Shown here: positions 26,869-35,536 of the stretch, in pieces | Numbering within the stretch: the first letter of the stretch is position 1 | How the letters are laid out: the number at the start of each line of letters is the position of its first letter | Virus record (IMG/VR): IMGVR_UViG_3300042452_000489 | Span: 1 to 60,849 of that record | Length of the DNA: 60,849 bases | Origin: a virus | Lineage: Duplodnaviria; Caudoviricetes | Strand: one strand, 5' to 3' | The notes under the pieces: generated by a model | What the model was told of the DNA's origin: nothing | Seen by the model: only the letters and a program-made list of their open reading frames with translations | Databases searched by the model: none | Position numbers and translations under genes: made by a program

Positions 26869-27252
26869 TCAGGACTCCGAAACGAGCGTCACGCCCAGGC
26901 CGCTGGGGTCAGCCGGCGGGATGGTGTCCAGGGCCTCAAACGCCAGAGTGGCGGCGCCAGAGCGGTTTCCCGCGTCATCGACGTCCACCAGCGAGAGGAT
27001 GACGTTCGCCCCCTGCGAGACGGTCAACTCATCGAACTTGCTGGTATCGCCGGGGTACGCCTTGGAAGACGACTCCCCGTCTACGGTCACGGTCAGCAGC
27101 CGCTCAACAACGTCCACATCGGACGCAGGGGCGGCCACAATCGAATAGGTCAACTGATTGGGCACGGTCTTGCTCCTGGGGTAAACAGACAAACACTGCG
27201 GAACCAGCAGGGCACGCCTGAGACGATCAATCGCGCTTCCGGTCCACCACAT
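26869..27252 (-). CDS. Ig/FN3-like beta-sandwich protein (start uncertain)
   Basis: VDVDDAGNRS...DTIPPADP resembles FN3/Ig-like ends. Confidence 0.55.
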   Translation of the reverse strand: MWWTGSAIDRLRRALLVPQCLSVYPRSKTVPNQLTYSIVAAPASDVDVVERLLTVTVDGESSSKAYPGDTSKFDELTVSQGANVILSLVDVDDAGNRSGAATLAFEALDTIPPADPSGLGVTLVSES

Positions 27253-27259
27253 ATCAATG

Positions 27260-27410
27260 TCACTCTTGGGGGGTTTCGCTAACCACCAGCCCCGCCACCT
27301 CGCTCATCGGCACCACCTCCACCTGCGCCATGATCTCAGGCGTCATAAAGGCGAACGCCTGCACCAGAATTTCAAAAATGGAACGATCCGATCTGAGGTG
27401 AAGAGCGCAA
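27260..27410 (-). pseudogene. 3' remnant paralogous to the upstream 104-aa gene
   Basis: MAQVEVVPMSEVAGLV aligns with GQAVEVMPWSDVAALL. Confidence 0.45.
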
Positions 27411-27725
27411 CTAATCCACCGGCTTGCGCGGCAGCAAAGCCGCGACATCCGACCAGGGCATTACCTCCACCGCCTGTCCGAGAATGCTCTGGTCTGCCGC
27501 CTGCCACATGGCATGGAGCAATCCGCCAGGGCCGACCTCTGTTAGAACACGCGCCGACAAAAACCACCGCCCATCCGCGAGTTGCCCGGCGACGGGGACG
27601 CAGTTGGGCGTGCCGAACTGTGCGTGTAGTTCCGCCAGCCGCTCGGCAATCGGACGCGAGAATACCAGCACCAGTGCCGACGAGTCGGCGTAACTGATCG
27701 GCAACGCTAAATCTGTCAGATTCAC
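27411..27725 (-). CDS. Hypothetical protein, possibly fibre-associated
   Basis: GTGA coupling to the fibre-like gene. Confidence 0.65.
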   Translation of the reverse strand: MNLTDLALPISYADSSALVLVFSRPIAERLAELHAQFGTPNCVPVAGQLADGRWFLSARVLTEVGPGGLLHAMWQAADQSILGQAVEVMPWSDVAALLPRKPVD

Positions 27726-28585
27726 GTTGTCCTTCCGATGGCAGTTTGAAAGTCAGTCATCGCCGTGTTGTATGCCGCAACATCGTCGGCCGTAAGTGCC
27801 GCGCCGATGCTGTATGCGTAGATCGTCGCAGATGAAACCGATACGGGTGTGCCTGCCGAGTTCAGCGCAAAAATCCACAAATCGTTGGGATGAGTGCCAG
27901 GCGTTACGCCGGCGGCGGACGAGCCGGTTTCAGTCGCGCCGCGATAAACTTTTAGATCTGTATCGCCGCTGCGAGTGACGGTGCGCAGGCCGCCAGGCCA
28001 CGCGCTGGATGACTCGTTGACGTTGACAAAAGTTCCCCCGCCAAATATGACGCGATTTTGGGCGAGCCCAGCGTTAGCGCGAACCGCCAATAAAAAGAAA
28101 TCAGAGCCTGAAGCCGAGCCTATCAGATACCGTGTTGTGGTGTCCGTTACTGTCGCGCCCTTGTGATAAACCGCGATGTGGCCGGTAGTGGCGGTGATGT
28201 CGGCAGGGTCTAGGTCGGTGTCAAGATAGGCGTTTCCCGTTCCGACGAGTCCTCCGGTCAGCGTGTAGTCGCCAGAAACGAACGGCGATTGACCGCTAAC
28301 TGCGACATTGGAGTCCGTTAACCCGCCCAACTGTGTGTCTGTGCTGCTGGAGTTTCTGTAGAGGGGAACCAGTGCGGCCGAAAGATTGTCGCCGCACATG
28401 AGACTCAAACGTCTGAACTTTGCTCGCAGCCCGGCTGCAGCGTCGATCCGGCGGCAGAAACGACTCACGGCCGACAGAGTAGCACCGCTGACGCTTCCGC
28501 CGTTGGCGACGACGCGGGCCGCCCAGTCCGCTGCTTCAGGGTGTGTGGTCTGTCTCGGCCGCAGGAGCCGGTTGTTCATCGGCAT
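27722..28585 (-). CDS. Putative fibre or lectin-fold virion protein
   Basis: Starts MPMNNRLLRPR; beta-rich C-terminus (AYLDT, YSIGAALT). Confidence 0.6.
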   Translation of the reverse strand: MPMNNRLLRPRQTTHPEAADWAARVVANGGSVSGATLSAVSRFCRRIDAAAGLRAKFRRLSLMCGDNLSAALVPLYRNSSSTDTQLGGLTDSNVAVSGQSPFVSGDYTLTGGLVGTGNAYLDTDLDPADITATTGHIAVYHKGATVTDTTTRYLIGSASGSDFFLLAVRANAGLAQNRVIFGGGTFVNVNESSSAWPGGLRTVTRSGDTDLKVYRGATETGSSAAGVTPGTHPNDLWIFALNSAGTPVSVSSATIYAYSIGAALTADDVAAYNTAMTDFQTAIGRTT

Positions 28586-28589
28586 GCGG

Positions 28590-28922
28590 TCAACCCTTGA
28601 CGCAGACGGTCATGGCACAGGTGGTTCCGCCCGTGATGATGGGAGCCACAAACGGGAAGCCGAAGCAGGCGTCCGGAATCGGCAGGCAACCAACCGTCAC
28701 GGAAGTGGTGACCGCGGAGCCATCGGCGTAGATCGGCCTGGGGACGTCTTCAGCCGCAGCAGCGGCATGCCAAGAAATCTGGGTGGCACCACCCGTGTTG
28801 CCGATGATCACGCCTCCGCCGGCATAACGGCCAAAGGGGAATCGCGGAGTGCTGCTGGTGGCCGAGGCCGTGGAGGCAATAAGGACGGACCCGGTCGTAA
28901 AGTGTCTGGCGATCTCGCTCAT
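28590..28922 (-). CDS. Small beta-rich virion protein
   Basis: Thr/Gly-rich; coupled to neighbours. Confidence 0.6.
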   Translation of the reverse strand: MSEIARHFTTGSVLIASTASATSSTPRFPFGRYAGGGVIIGNTGGATQISWHAAAAAEDVPRPIYADGSAVTTSVTVGCLPIPDACFGFPFVAPIITGGTTCAMTVCVKG

Positions 28923-29446
28923 CGGTTCTTGACCCTGTAGGCGTGTTTCTCAATCACTCGTTCGCGAATCTCTTCCGTCTTGGCGGAGGGGTTGCGTCTC
29001 TTTTCCCGACGCACCTCATCTCGGACAATGCTTTCGGAGATCAGTTTCCTCTGGGGCGGGGCAGGGCCGGGGTCGTAGTTCACGCTTCCGGCCACCGACA
29101 TGCGGCGCTTCTTCGCCACCCGAAGAACGTCGTCGTTGGACGACACCCAGGCTTCGGGATCTCGCCAACCCCGGCCGTCAGCCACTCCGCCGCAGTAGTA
29201 CTTGCCCGAGATGTTGATGCCGGCCTTGCGGGCCTCGGCGGCCACGTACTTGGCCTGCCGCTCGGGCATGTCGTTGAGCTGCTGGTTGTTCAGCCGGCCT
29301 TCCATGTAGGCGCGGTCGGTGCCCTTGGTCCCTGGAGGGCATTGCAGCGCGACCATAATGGCCCACCGCTCCCCGTAGGGCAGGGCCTTGGTGTAGGTGT
29401 CTTCTGCTTCGCGTCCGAGTTGACGGACCTCAAAAGGGATGTCCAT
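28919..29446 (-). CDS. Hypothetical protein
   Basis: 175-aa ORF directly after the portal gene. Confidence 0.75.
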   Translation of the reverse strand: MDIPFEVRQLGREAEDTYTKALPYGERWAIMVALQCPPGTKGTDRAYMEGRLNNQQLNDMPERQAKYVAAEARKAGINISGKYYCGGVADGRGWRDPEAWVSSNDDVLRVAKKRRMSVAGSVNYDPGPAPPQRKLISESIVRDEVRREKRRNPSAKTEEIRERVIEKHAYRVKNR

Positions 29447-29452
29447 AAGAAA

Positions 29453-31441
29453 CTACTGTCCCTGCGGGGGTGGAGGCGGCTCTTGTGGGCCAGGAGGTGG
29501 CGGTGGCGGAGGAGGCGGCGGGACGACAAACCCCGACACATCCATCTGGTTGACCTTGCCCCACGCGGCCATGAGGCCGTTGAAAAGGTCGGGCTGTCCG
29601 GCCTGCAGCATGCCCTGCGCCACCGGCATCATGACCTGCATGAAGTTGTTCATGTTCTCGGTGCGAGTGGCGATGTTGGGCTTCCGCATGCTGCCGGCTT
29701 CGACGCGGTAGGAGTACTCCCGAACAATGGCCTCGGGATCCTCGCTCTGCACGTGCATGGCCCACGCCTGGGCGGCAAGGTTTCCAAGGATCGGCGCGAC
29801 GTCCTGCGGGTAGATCAGCCACCTTGCAAGCAGCGCTTCCTTGCGGGCGACCTCGGACAGGGCGTCCTCCAGCGTGTTCGCATAGTCGTCGGGCCTGACC
29901 GAGATTTGCTCGCTCTTCACGGCAGCTTCAGCAGCGCTTCGGAAGGATGCCCGCGACATGCCGTAGATGAGTTCTGTCAAACCCACCCGGCGATCAAAGA
30001 GCGCGGTGACTTCGGCGATGATGTTCCACATGTCCGATGTGACGCCGGGCATGTTGAACACTGACAGAACGTCGTTGACCGACCGGCCGATGGCCTCGGA
30101 GATTTCAACGATCTTGAAGCCGCCCTCGTTCTTCTCAAGGATCTTGGCCTTGAGATCAGGATCCGCGGCCTTGCTGACGCCGATGAGCGTCTGGCTGGAA
30201 GTCGCAATCCTCGTTGCCAAGAACGACATCGCCCAGTTGATGAATCGCAATTCCCCGATTCCCGGGCGGATCAGAGAGATAGGCCAAGAGTAGCCGGGCT
30301 TGCCGTGCCACCCGAGCAATGTGAACGGCCAGCCGTTCGGCTCCGCCCAGAAGGGGATGGGCCACTGAGCATTCATGAACATCGTCGGCGGTACGCCGGT
30401 TTCGTCCACCTCTTCAGCCAGCATGGCCGGCGGGACATTCAGGGGGAAGTCAACGCCCTCGGCGACGACGATGTAGCAGTTCGGCCCAAGGGCGTCGAAC
30501 TTGCCACGCAGATCCTTGTCGGCGTCCTTGAGCCGGTCGCCAAAGCCTGTCTTGGAATAAATCTCCCAGTAGCAGATCAGGTCGTTGGTCTTGCCGGTCT
30601 TGCGCTTGTATTCATACCCGCGTTCACCCTCGTCGGCGCGCTCGGAGTACGACTCCAGATGTCCCTTGAGGTCGTCTCGGGACACGCCGAACTTGGCGGC
30701 CACCTCATCCACAGGCTGTACCCTGCGACGGGCGGCCCAGCGGATGTCCTCATACTCGTCTGCGTCCGGATCCCAGACAAGGTTGTCAATGGAGTCAAAG
30801 AACGAGCCGGCCAGTTTGGTGTTCGCCCCGGGGGGCGTGTACAGCTCATGCCACCACACTGAGGCGCCCTTGATGAACGCCTCCTCAACCACCTTCCGCG
30901 AGTGCCGCTTGAGATCCAACTCGTTCGGGGTGTAGTTCAGGTAGTCCTCAAGGAGCTTGCTGACGACCTTCCGGCGCTCCTGCATGAACTGCTGCTGCTG
31001 GACGGCCTGCTGGTATGCCATGACCTGGGGGTCTGGCATCATCACCGGCTGGCCGTCTGGGCCGATGACGGGCCCGTTGGGGCCCATCTGCGGAACAGGA
31101 GGCCCGGGATTCACTCCCAAGAGCGCAGGGCCAACCATGGGATAGTCCCGCGGGTTGACCGTCCGAGCCGGGTTCCGGTGGTGGATCACCGCGGTAAAGA
31201 GACGAACAGCCTCCCACACGCGGTTGACACTCATCCGGAACGCCGGCGCGTCCAGCCCACGGTTGTAGCCGCGTTCCCCTCGCGCGTAGGCGTCCTTCCA
31301 CATCGCATCGGGGTCTGACGCATAGAACGCCATGGCCTCCGATGCGTCATCGTTGAAGGGCTTTTTGTGCTTCTCGGCCTGCTTGATGCACTCAAGCCAC
31401 CGCTTCACAATGGGGCGCAGGGGATTGTCGTCGGCCATCAA
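29453..31441 (-). CDS. Portal protein
   Basis: 662 aa after the terminase; LVWDPDA, SAAEA and YRVEAGS segments and a Pro/Gln tail typical of podovirus portals. Confidence 0.8.
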   Translation of the reverse strand: MMADDNPLRPIVKRWLECIKQAEKHKKPFNDDASEAMAFYASDPDAMWKDAYARGERGYNRGLDAPAFRMSVNRVWEAVRLFTAVIHHRNPARTVNPRDYPMVGPALLGVNPGPPVPQMGPNGPVIGPDGQPVMMPDPQVMAYQQAVQQQQFMQERRKVVSKLLEDYLNYTPNELDLKRHSRKVVEEAFIKGASVWWHELYTPPGANTKLAGSFFDSIDNLVWDPDADEYEDIRWAARRRVQPVDEVAAKFGVSRDDLKGHLESYSERADEGERGYEYKRKTGKTNDLICYWEIYSKTGFGDRLKDADKDLRGKFDALGPNCYIVVAEGVDFPLNVPPAMLAEEVDETGVPPTMFMNAQWPIPFWAEPNGWPFTLLGWHGKPGYSWPISLIRPGIGELRFINWAMSFLATRIATSSQTLIGVSKAADPDLKAKILEKNEGGFKIVEISEAIGRSVNDVLSVFNMPGVTSDMWNIIAEVTALFDRRVGLTELIYGMSRASFRSAAEAAVKSEQISVRPDDYANTLEDALSEVARKEALLARWLIYPQDVAPILGNLAAQAWAMHVQSEDPEAIVREYSYRVEAGSMRKPNIATRTENMNNFMQVMMPVAQGMLQAGQPDLFNGLMAAWGKVNQMDVSGFVVPPPPPPPPPPGPQEPPPPPQGQ

Positions 31442-31442
31442 A

Positions 31443-31463
31443 GTCTCCTACTGACCAATGCCC
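31443..31463 (-). promoter_or_regulatory. Candidate late promoter plus RBS
   Basis: GGGCATTGGTCAGTAGGAGAC. Confidence 0.65.
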
Positions 31464-31787
31464 TTACTTGGCCTTTTTGGGGTCAATGGCCTCCAGCTTT
31501 CGCTCCAGCATGGCCACCTTCTCGGCCAAAATGGCCATCTTGGGGTCACGCGGCTTGGTTTCCCAGAAACCAAAACGCTTCCAGTCAGGGAACTCGTTGA
31601 CCCCGGGATCGGTGACATGGTGGACCGAGGACTTCTCGGTCCCGCCCAGGCTCGGGGCGATCACCCAGATCGTCAGCGTCCGCGACGACACCTTGGTCAC
31701 CACGCCGATGTTCGGCTCGGCGTCATGGTGAGGATAGAACAGAACCCACTCACCCAGCTCGGCAGACGGCATCTGATATTCGTTCAT
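31464..31787 (-). CDS. Hypothetical protein (SH3-like beta domain plus coiled coil)
   Basis: Coupled to terL. Confidence 0.7.
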   Translation of the reverse strand: MNEYQMPSAELGEWVLFYPHHDAEPNIGVVTKVSSRTLTIWVIAPSLGGTEKSSVHHVTDPGVNEFPDWKRFGFWETKPRDPKMAILAEKVAMLERKLEAIDPKKAK

Positions 31788-33472
31788 CGCGCTTTTCCTA
31801 TTGGCCCCAAGATGACACAGGGATCCCTGGACTCACGCTGACGGCGTCGGCGGTCAGCCTGCCACTTCACCCACCAAGGCTCGGGGCCGTATGTCCTGGG
31901 GGGAGTGTGGTATTTCGGTTCGTAGGCGCAGAGGTACTCAAGCGTCTGGCAGGCATGGACCTCGCCCCTGGTCTGGGGCTCGTCGGTCACAAACACCTGC
32001 CCGTTGACGGTGGTCGTCTTCTTGCGGTAACGGCGCATCTCGCGGAGCAGATTGGGGCATGCGCCGCTCAGGAAGCGGAGTTTCGTCGTCCCATCTCCGC
32101 GGATATGAAGCATCTGGCGAACAAGCGCGGTGCGGGCTGCGATGTCGTCGGAGCCCGGGATGAAGTTCGTCCCGCCAATGTGGAACTTGAGCCCCCGCTT
32201 CTTCAGCTGCTCGGAGTACAGCTCATGGGGAAGCCGCCCAGACCCGAGGTCACGGAGCGACCCGCCGTGCATGTCCAAGATGCCGCAGTGGATGTGCTGC
32301 TCTTGGGCCTTCTTCCAGAACTCCTCGCCCCAGATCAAGGCGTTGCAATTGCGTATGTACAGCTCGTCGTAGACCAGGACAAACTTCTCGTCGGGTGGAA
32401 CTGCGGCGAATATCGTCGCCATCACCGCATGGCCCGGGTCGATGGAGACATACCGAGTCCAGTTCGCAGGCACCCGCCCATCGGGAAGTTCCGACCGCTC
32501 CATGACATGCACGGAGGGATTGAACGACGGGTACATGAGCGTGGATTCGGTGGTGAACTCGCCCTCGGCACGCATGCGGAGTTCGTCTTGGCCGAGAGAC
32601 GACCAGCGTTCGATGTTCTTCTTCTTTTCCTCTTGGTCGATGTGCGCGTTGTCCAAGAAGCGAAGGACAAACTTCCGGATGATCGCATCCTTCTTGCCTT
32701 CCTCCTCGGCGCGGTCGGCACGCTCGCACAGCCCCAAGAGCGCGTCATTCTTCGACCACGGCATGGCCGACCACACAAATCGCCCCTTGCGGTCAGAGAG
32801 CCGGGCCTGCATTTCACCGATCCACCGCTCGTTGGAAACGTCCTCGTCTATATGGACAAGATCGGCTTGAAAGCCCTGCGGCGGCTCGCCCTCGGAGGAG
32901 AAGCAATAGATCGTCCACCCGTTGGTCAGCTCGGCCTTGTTGAGGTAGCCGGCGTTCTTCTGCGTCCACGCCATGTCCTTGATCATTCGCGGCGGGATCA
33001 ATGGAGGGGCAGGCTTGGACTCCTTCTTGCGAGCCTCGTCCGTGCTGGGGTTGAAGGCACGCCACTTGCCCGTGACCTCGTCTTTGATGATGCGGAACGC
33101 GCCGGCCTTGAAGAGCATGGGGTAGACCACCATGCCGATGTGGGTCCAGCCCTTGCCGATGATCACCAAGTTTCCGCCTTCCTTGGGATACTTGCCGTGA
33201 GGGTCTTGGCCAGTGGCGGCGCGAGCGTCCTCAATGAACGTACACGCAGACTTGCCGCTGCGGTTGCCGCCGATTACCAGTCGCTCAGAAGCCATGCAGG
33301 CGTGGAACTCTTCTTGCTTTGCCATAGGAACCCACAGACGCAATGCCTCTAGGCGACGTTCGGCCAGTTCGGCCTGAACGTCCTTCATCTGCGACAGTGC
33401 GTGCTGCGTAAGCCCGGCGACCGGACCTTCAGGCACTGGCGGCGGCGGGATCTTGGGGTGTCGCTTTTTCAT
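31784..33472 (-). CDS. terL: Terminase large subunit
   Basis: Walker A GGNRSGKS, Walker B LVHIDE, RNase H-like VSIDPG, VYDELY. Confidence 0.93.
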   Translation of the reverse strand: MKKRHPKIPPPPVPEGPVAGLTQHALSQMKDVQAELAERRLEALRLWVPMAKQEEFHACMASERLVIGGNRSGKSACTFIEDARAATGQDPHGKYPKEGGNLVIIGKGWTHIGMVVYPMLFKAGAFRIIKDEVTGKWRAFNPSTDEARKKESKPAPPLIPPRMIKDMAWTQKNAGYLNKAELTNGWTIYCFSSEGEPPQGFQADLVHIDEDVSNERWIGEMQARLSDRKGRFVWSAMPWSKNDALLGLCERADRAEEEGKKDAIIRKFVLRFLDNAHIDQEEKKKNIERWSSLGQDELRMRAEGEFTTESTLMYPSFNPSVHVMERSELPDGRVPANWTRYVSIDPGHAVMATIFAAVPPDEKFVLVYDELYIRNCNALIWGEEFWKKAQEQHIHCGILDMHGGSLRDLGSGRLPHELYSEQLKKRGLKFHIGGTNFIPGSDDIAARTALVRQMLHIRGDGTTKLRFLSGACPNLLREMRRYRKKTTTVNGQVFVTDEPQTRGEVHACQTLEYLCAYEPKYHTPPRTYGPEPWWVKWQADRRRRQRESRDPCVILGPIGKAR

Positions 33473-33623
33473 ACTCGCCGCAACTATCCGTGCGCGGGGT
33501 CACCGGGTAAGCGCAGGTGTTCTCGTTCAACCAGCTTGGCGGGAACCTCTTGCACAGGCCGATCCCCGCTTCCTGCATCTCCTTGTTCAGCTGGTGCCAC
33601 CAGCGGCAGGTTTCGCACTTCAT
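33429..33623 (-). CDS. Small Cys4 zinc- or iron-binding protein
   Basis: CETCRWW...GLCKRFPP...YPVT...DSCGEY. Confidence 0.65.
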   Translation of the reverse strand: MKCETCRWWHQLNKEMQEAGIGLCKRFPPSWLNENTCAYPVTPRTDSCGEYEKATPQDPAAASA

Positions 33624-34119
33624 CCACAACCTCTACTTTCTGCATGGTCATAGCGGCCTCCAAGACTTGCCGCCGCAGTTCAGCCTCAAGCTCCTCTTCG
33701 CTCATCAGCTCAAGCGGCTTCTTGGCGCCGCCCATAGCCGTGTTGCCGACGATGAGTCGGACAACGGAATCAAGCATCTTGGTTCGGAACGCACCACCAA
33801 CCGGCGCGTCGTAGTACTGCTTCATGTACATGTTCGCGAACCCTCGCACGCCACCGGAGTACTCCATGAGGCACTCCAGCAGCTCAGACGAGTGGGGGAT
33901 GTTGGCCCCGCCGATCCTGGCCGCGGCAATGAACAGATCAACCGCCCCGCGTTCAATCTCCTCCAGCTTCTTGTTCCGCTTGCCCTTGCGGTCTTGGCGG
34001 ATCTTCTTGTTGCGGCACTTCCGGCAGCGGGAGTGAAAGCCGTCCTTGGCCTTATGGAAGTTCGCCGTGGTGGCGGGGAGCGACGTCCCGCAGCTGATGC
34101 AGACCTTATAGTCGGACAC
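33484..34119 (-). CDS. Zinc-finger protein, candidate terminase small subunit
   Basis: CISCG...FH...KDG...CRKC N-terminus; MSEEELEAEL tail; directly upstream of terL. Confidence 0.55.
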   Translation of the reverse strand: MSDYKVCISCGTSLPATTANFHKAKDGFHSRCRKCRNKKIRQDRKGKRNKKLEEIERGAVDLFIAAARIGGANIPHSSELLECLMEYSGGVRGFANMYMKQYYDAPVGGAFRTKMLDSVVRLIVGNTAMGGAKKPLELMSEEELEAELRRQVLEAAMTMQKVEVVDEVRNLPLVAPAEQGDAGSGDRPVQEVPAKLVEREHLRLPGDPAHG

Positions 34120-35479
34120 GCCACACGTTGCCGGTGACTTCCGGCTTCAAGCCAGAGTCCAGCACAGCCTTCTGGACGGAAGGGAAACAGTGGTAGTCAT
34201 GCCCAGCCAGGATGTGGCGGGCCTTGGGCTTCCACGCCGCGATGTCCTTCATCACGGATTCGCAATCATGCTCGGCGTCGATGTAGACGATGTCGTACTG
34301 GCCGGGGACATGCTCTGCCACGCCGGGAGAGCGGCCAACGCGCGGTGTGATCGGGAGTCCTTGGGTGTTTCGCAAAAAGACCTGGAAGGGCGAGCCCCGA
34401 CTGCCGTCGTAGCGTTTCGTCCCCGCGTCGTTCTTGTTGCCTTCCCACGTATCAACGCAATAGACGCTGGCGGCACCTGCCCTGGCCATTACAATCGCCG
34501 AGAGCCCAGCCCAAGACCCAACCTCAAGGACGGTCGGCGCTCGGTTGTGTTCTTGGATGAAGTCGCCAATCATCGCCTGCAGTGCGGCCTTATCGGCGTC
34601 CGGAAGGTCCATCCCCATGTCGTCGAACGGGGCATCCTGCTTCAGGTCAACAAGCGTGGCGCCGGCTTCGTAGTTGCACTCCCAGCAGTCCTTGAGCTTG
34701 GCGCTGACATCCTTGGCTTGGATGTATTGCGGCTTGCCCACGCACTTGGGCTTCCAATGACCAGCCCAAGCGTCCCAGTTGCAGTAGACCGGGTTGAAGC
34801 CCAGCTTCTGCGTGCCGACAAGCGAGACATCACGGGTCATGGTGACGTCTTCGGTCGATGCCTTGTCAGCCTGGAAGCGGTCCTTGAATTCGTAATAGAA
34901 CCATGGCTTGTCCTGATCGTCTTTCGGTTCCGTAAGGTCAAAGACCCGCATGTCGTACATGATCAGGCCGGTCGGCAGAGCAGCGCATTCCTGAATGCCC
35001 GACATCTTCACGGCCGTGTGGCGGTCGTACATTTCCAATTGGAAGTCGGGATTCGGGTGGCCGGTCTGGATGTTCTGCCACCGGAACACGTACACGCACT
35101 CCACCGGGGGAGGCCCGCAGTACGGAACGCCAATGATGCATGGGCCCTTGTGGTAGTGGTCCACCAAGAAGTCGAACGACGACTGGAAGAACGGCTTGGC
35201 GTCGGACTGGCCGGCGTTGATGTCCGGCTTCATGTCCGAGTCGATCATCACCAAGACATCCACGCCGAACTCCCGGGCCTGCAGGACGGCGCGGTTTCTG
35301 GTCATGGTGATCGGCGTGTCCGCGAGGTTCCAGACGCGGATCTGGTCGATACGCGGGTCGCGGGACAGCTCCACAACCAGCGGTGTCATCCATTCCCGAA
35401 TGTCAGGGACTTCAGAGGAGATGCCGCCGTTGCCGCCGTAGGAGAAGGTGACAAAGCCGACGTTGAACTTCTGCTGCAT
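34106..35479 (-). CDS. GT-A glycosyltransferase-like domain fused to a class I SAM methyltransferase
   Basis: TRNRAV...VMIDSD (DxD); VLEVGSWAGLS, VYIDAEHD, LAGHDY (Methyltransf_24-like). Confidence 0.8.
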   Translation of the reverse strand: MQQKFNVGFVTFSYGGNGGISSEVPDIREWMTPLVVELSRDPRIDQIRVWNLADTPITMTRNRAVLQAREFGVDVLVMIDSDMKPDINAGQSDAKPFFQSSFDFLVDHYHKGPCIIGVPYCGPPPVECVYVFRWQNIQTGHPNPDFQLEMYDRHTAVKMSGIQECAALPTGLIMYDMRVFDLTEPKDDQDKPWFYYEFKDRFQADKASTEDVTMTRDVSLVGTQKLGFNPVYCNWDAWAGHWKPKCVGKPQYIQAKDVSAKLKDCWECNYEAGATLVDLKQDAPFDDMGMDLPDADKAALQAMIGDFIQEHNRAPTVLEVGSWAGLSAIVMARAGAASVYCVDTWEGNKNDAGTKRYDGSRGSPFQVFLRNTQGLPITPRVGRSPGVAEHVPGQYDIVYIDAEHDCESVMKDIAAWKPKARHILAGHDYHCFPSVQKAVLDSGLKPEVTGNVWRVRL

Positions 35480-35502
35480 AGTACACCTCGGGGGGAGTGT
35501 GC

Positions 35503-35531
35503 AGTGTACTAAAGTACACTCATTTGGTCAA
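35503..35531 (-). promoter_or_regulatory. Sigma70-type promoter overlapped by a palindromic operator
   Basis: TTGACC-N17-TACACT; AGTGTACT-AA-AGTACACT at 35503-35520. Confidence 0.7.
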
Positions 35532-35536
35532 GTGAC

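Noticed and set aside
27245-27262. Additional late-promoter copy TGACATTGATATGTGG
   Set aside because: Only about 10/17 match to the motif; too weak to call without a position-weight scan.
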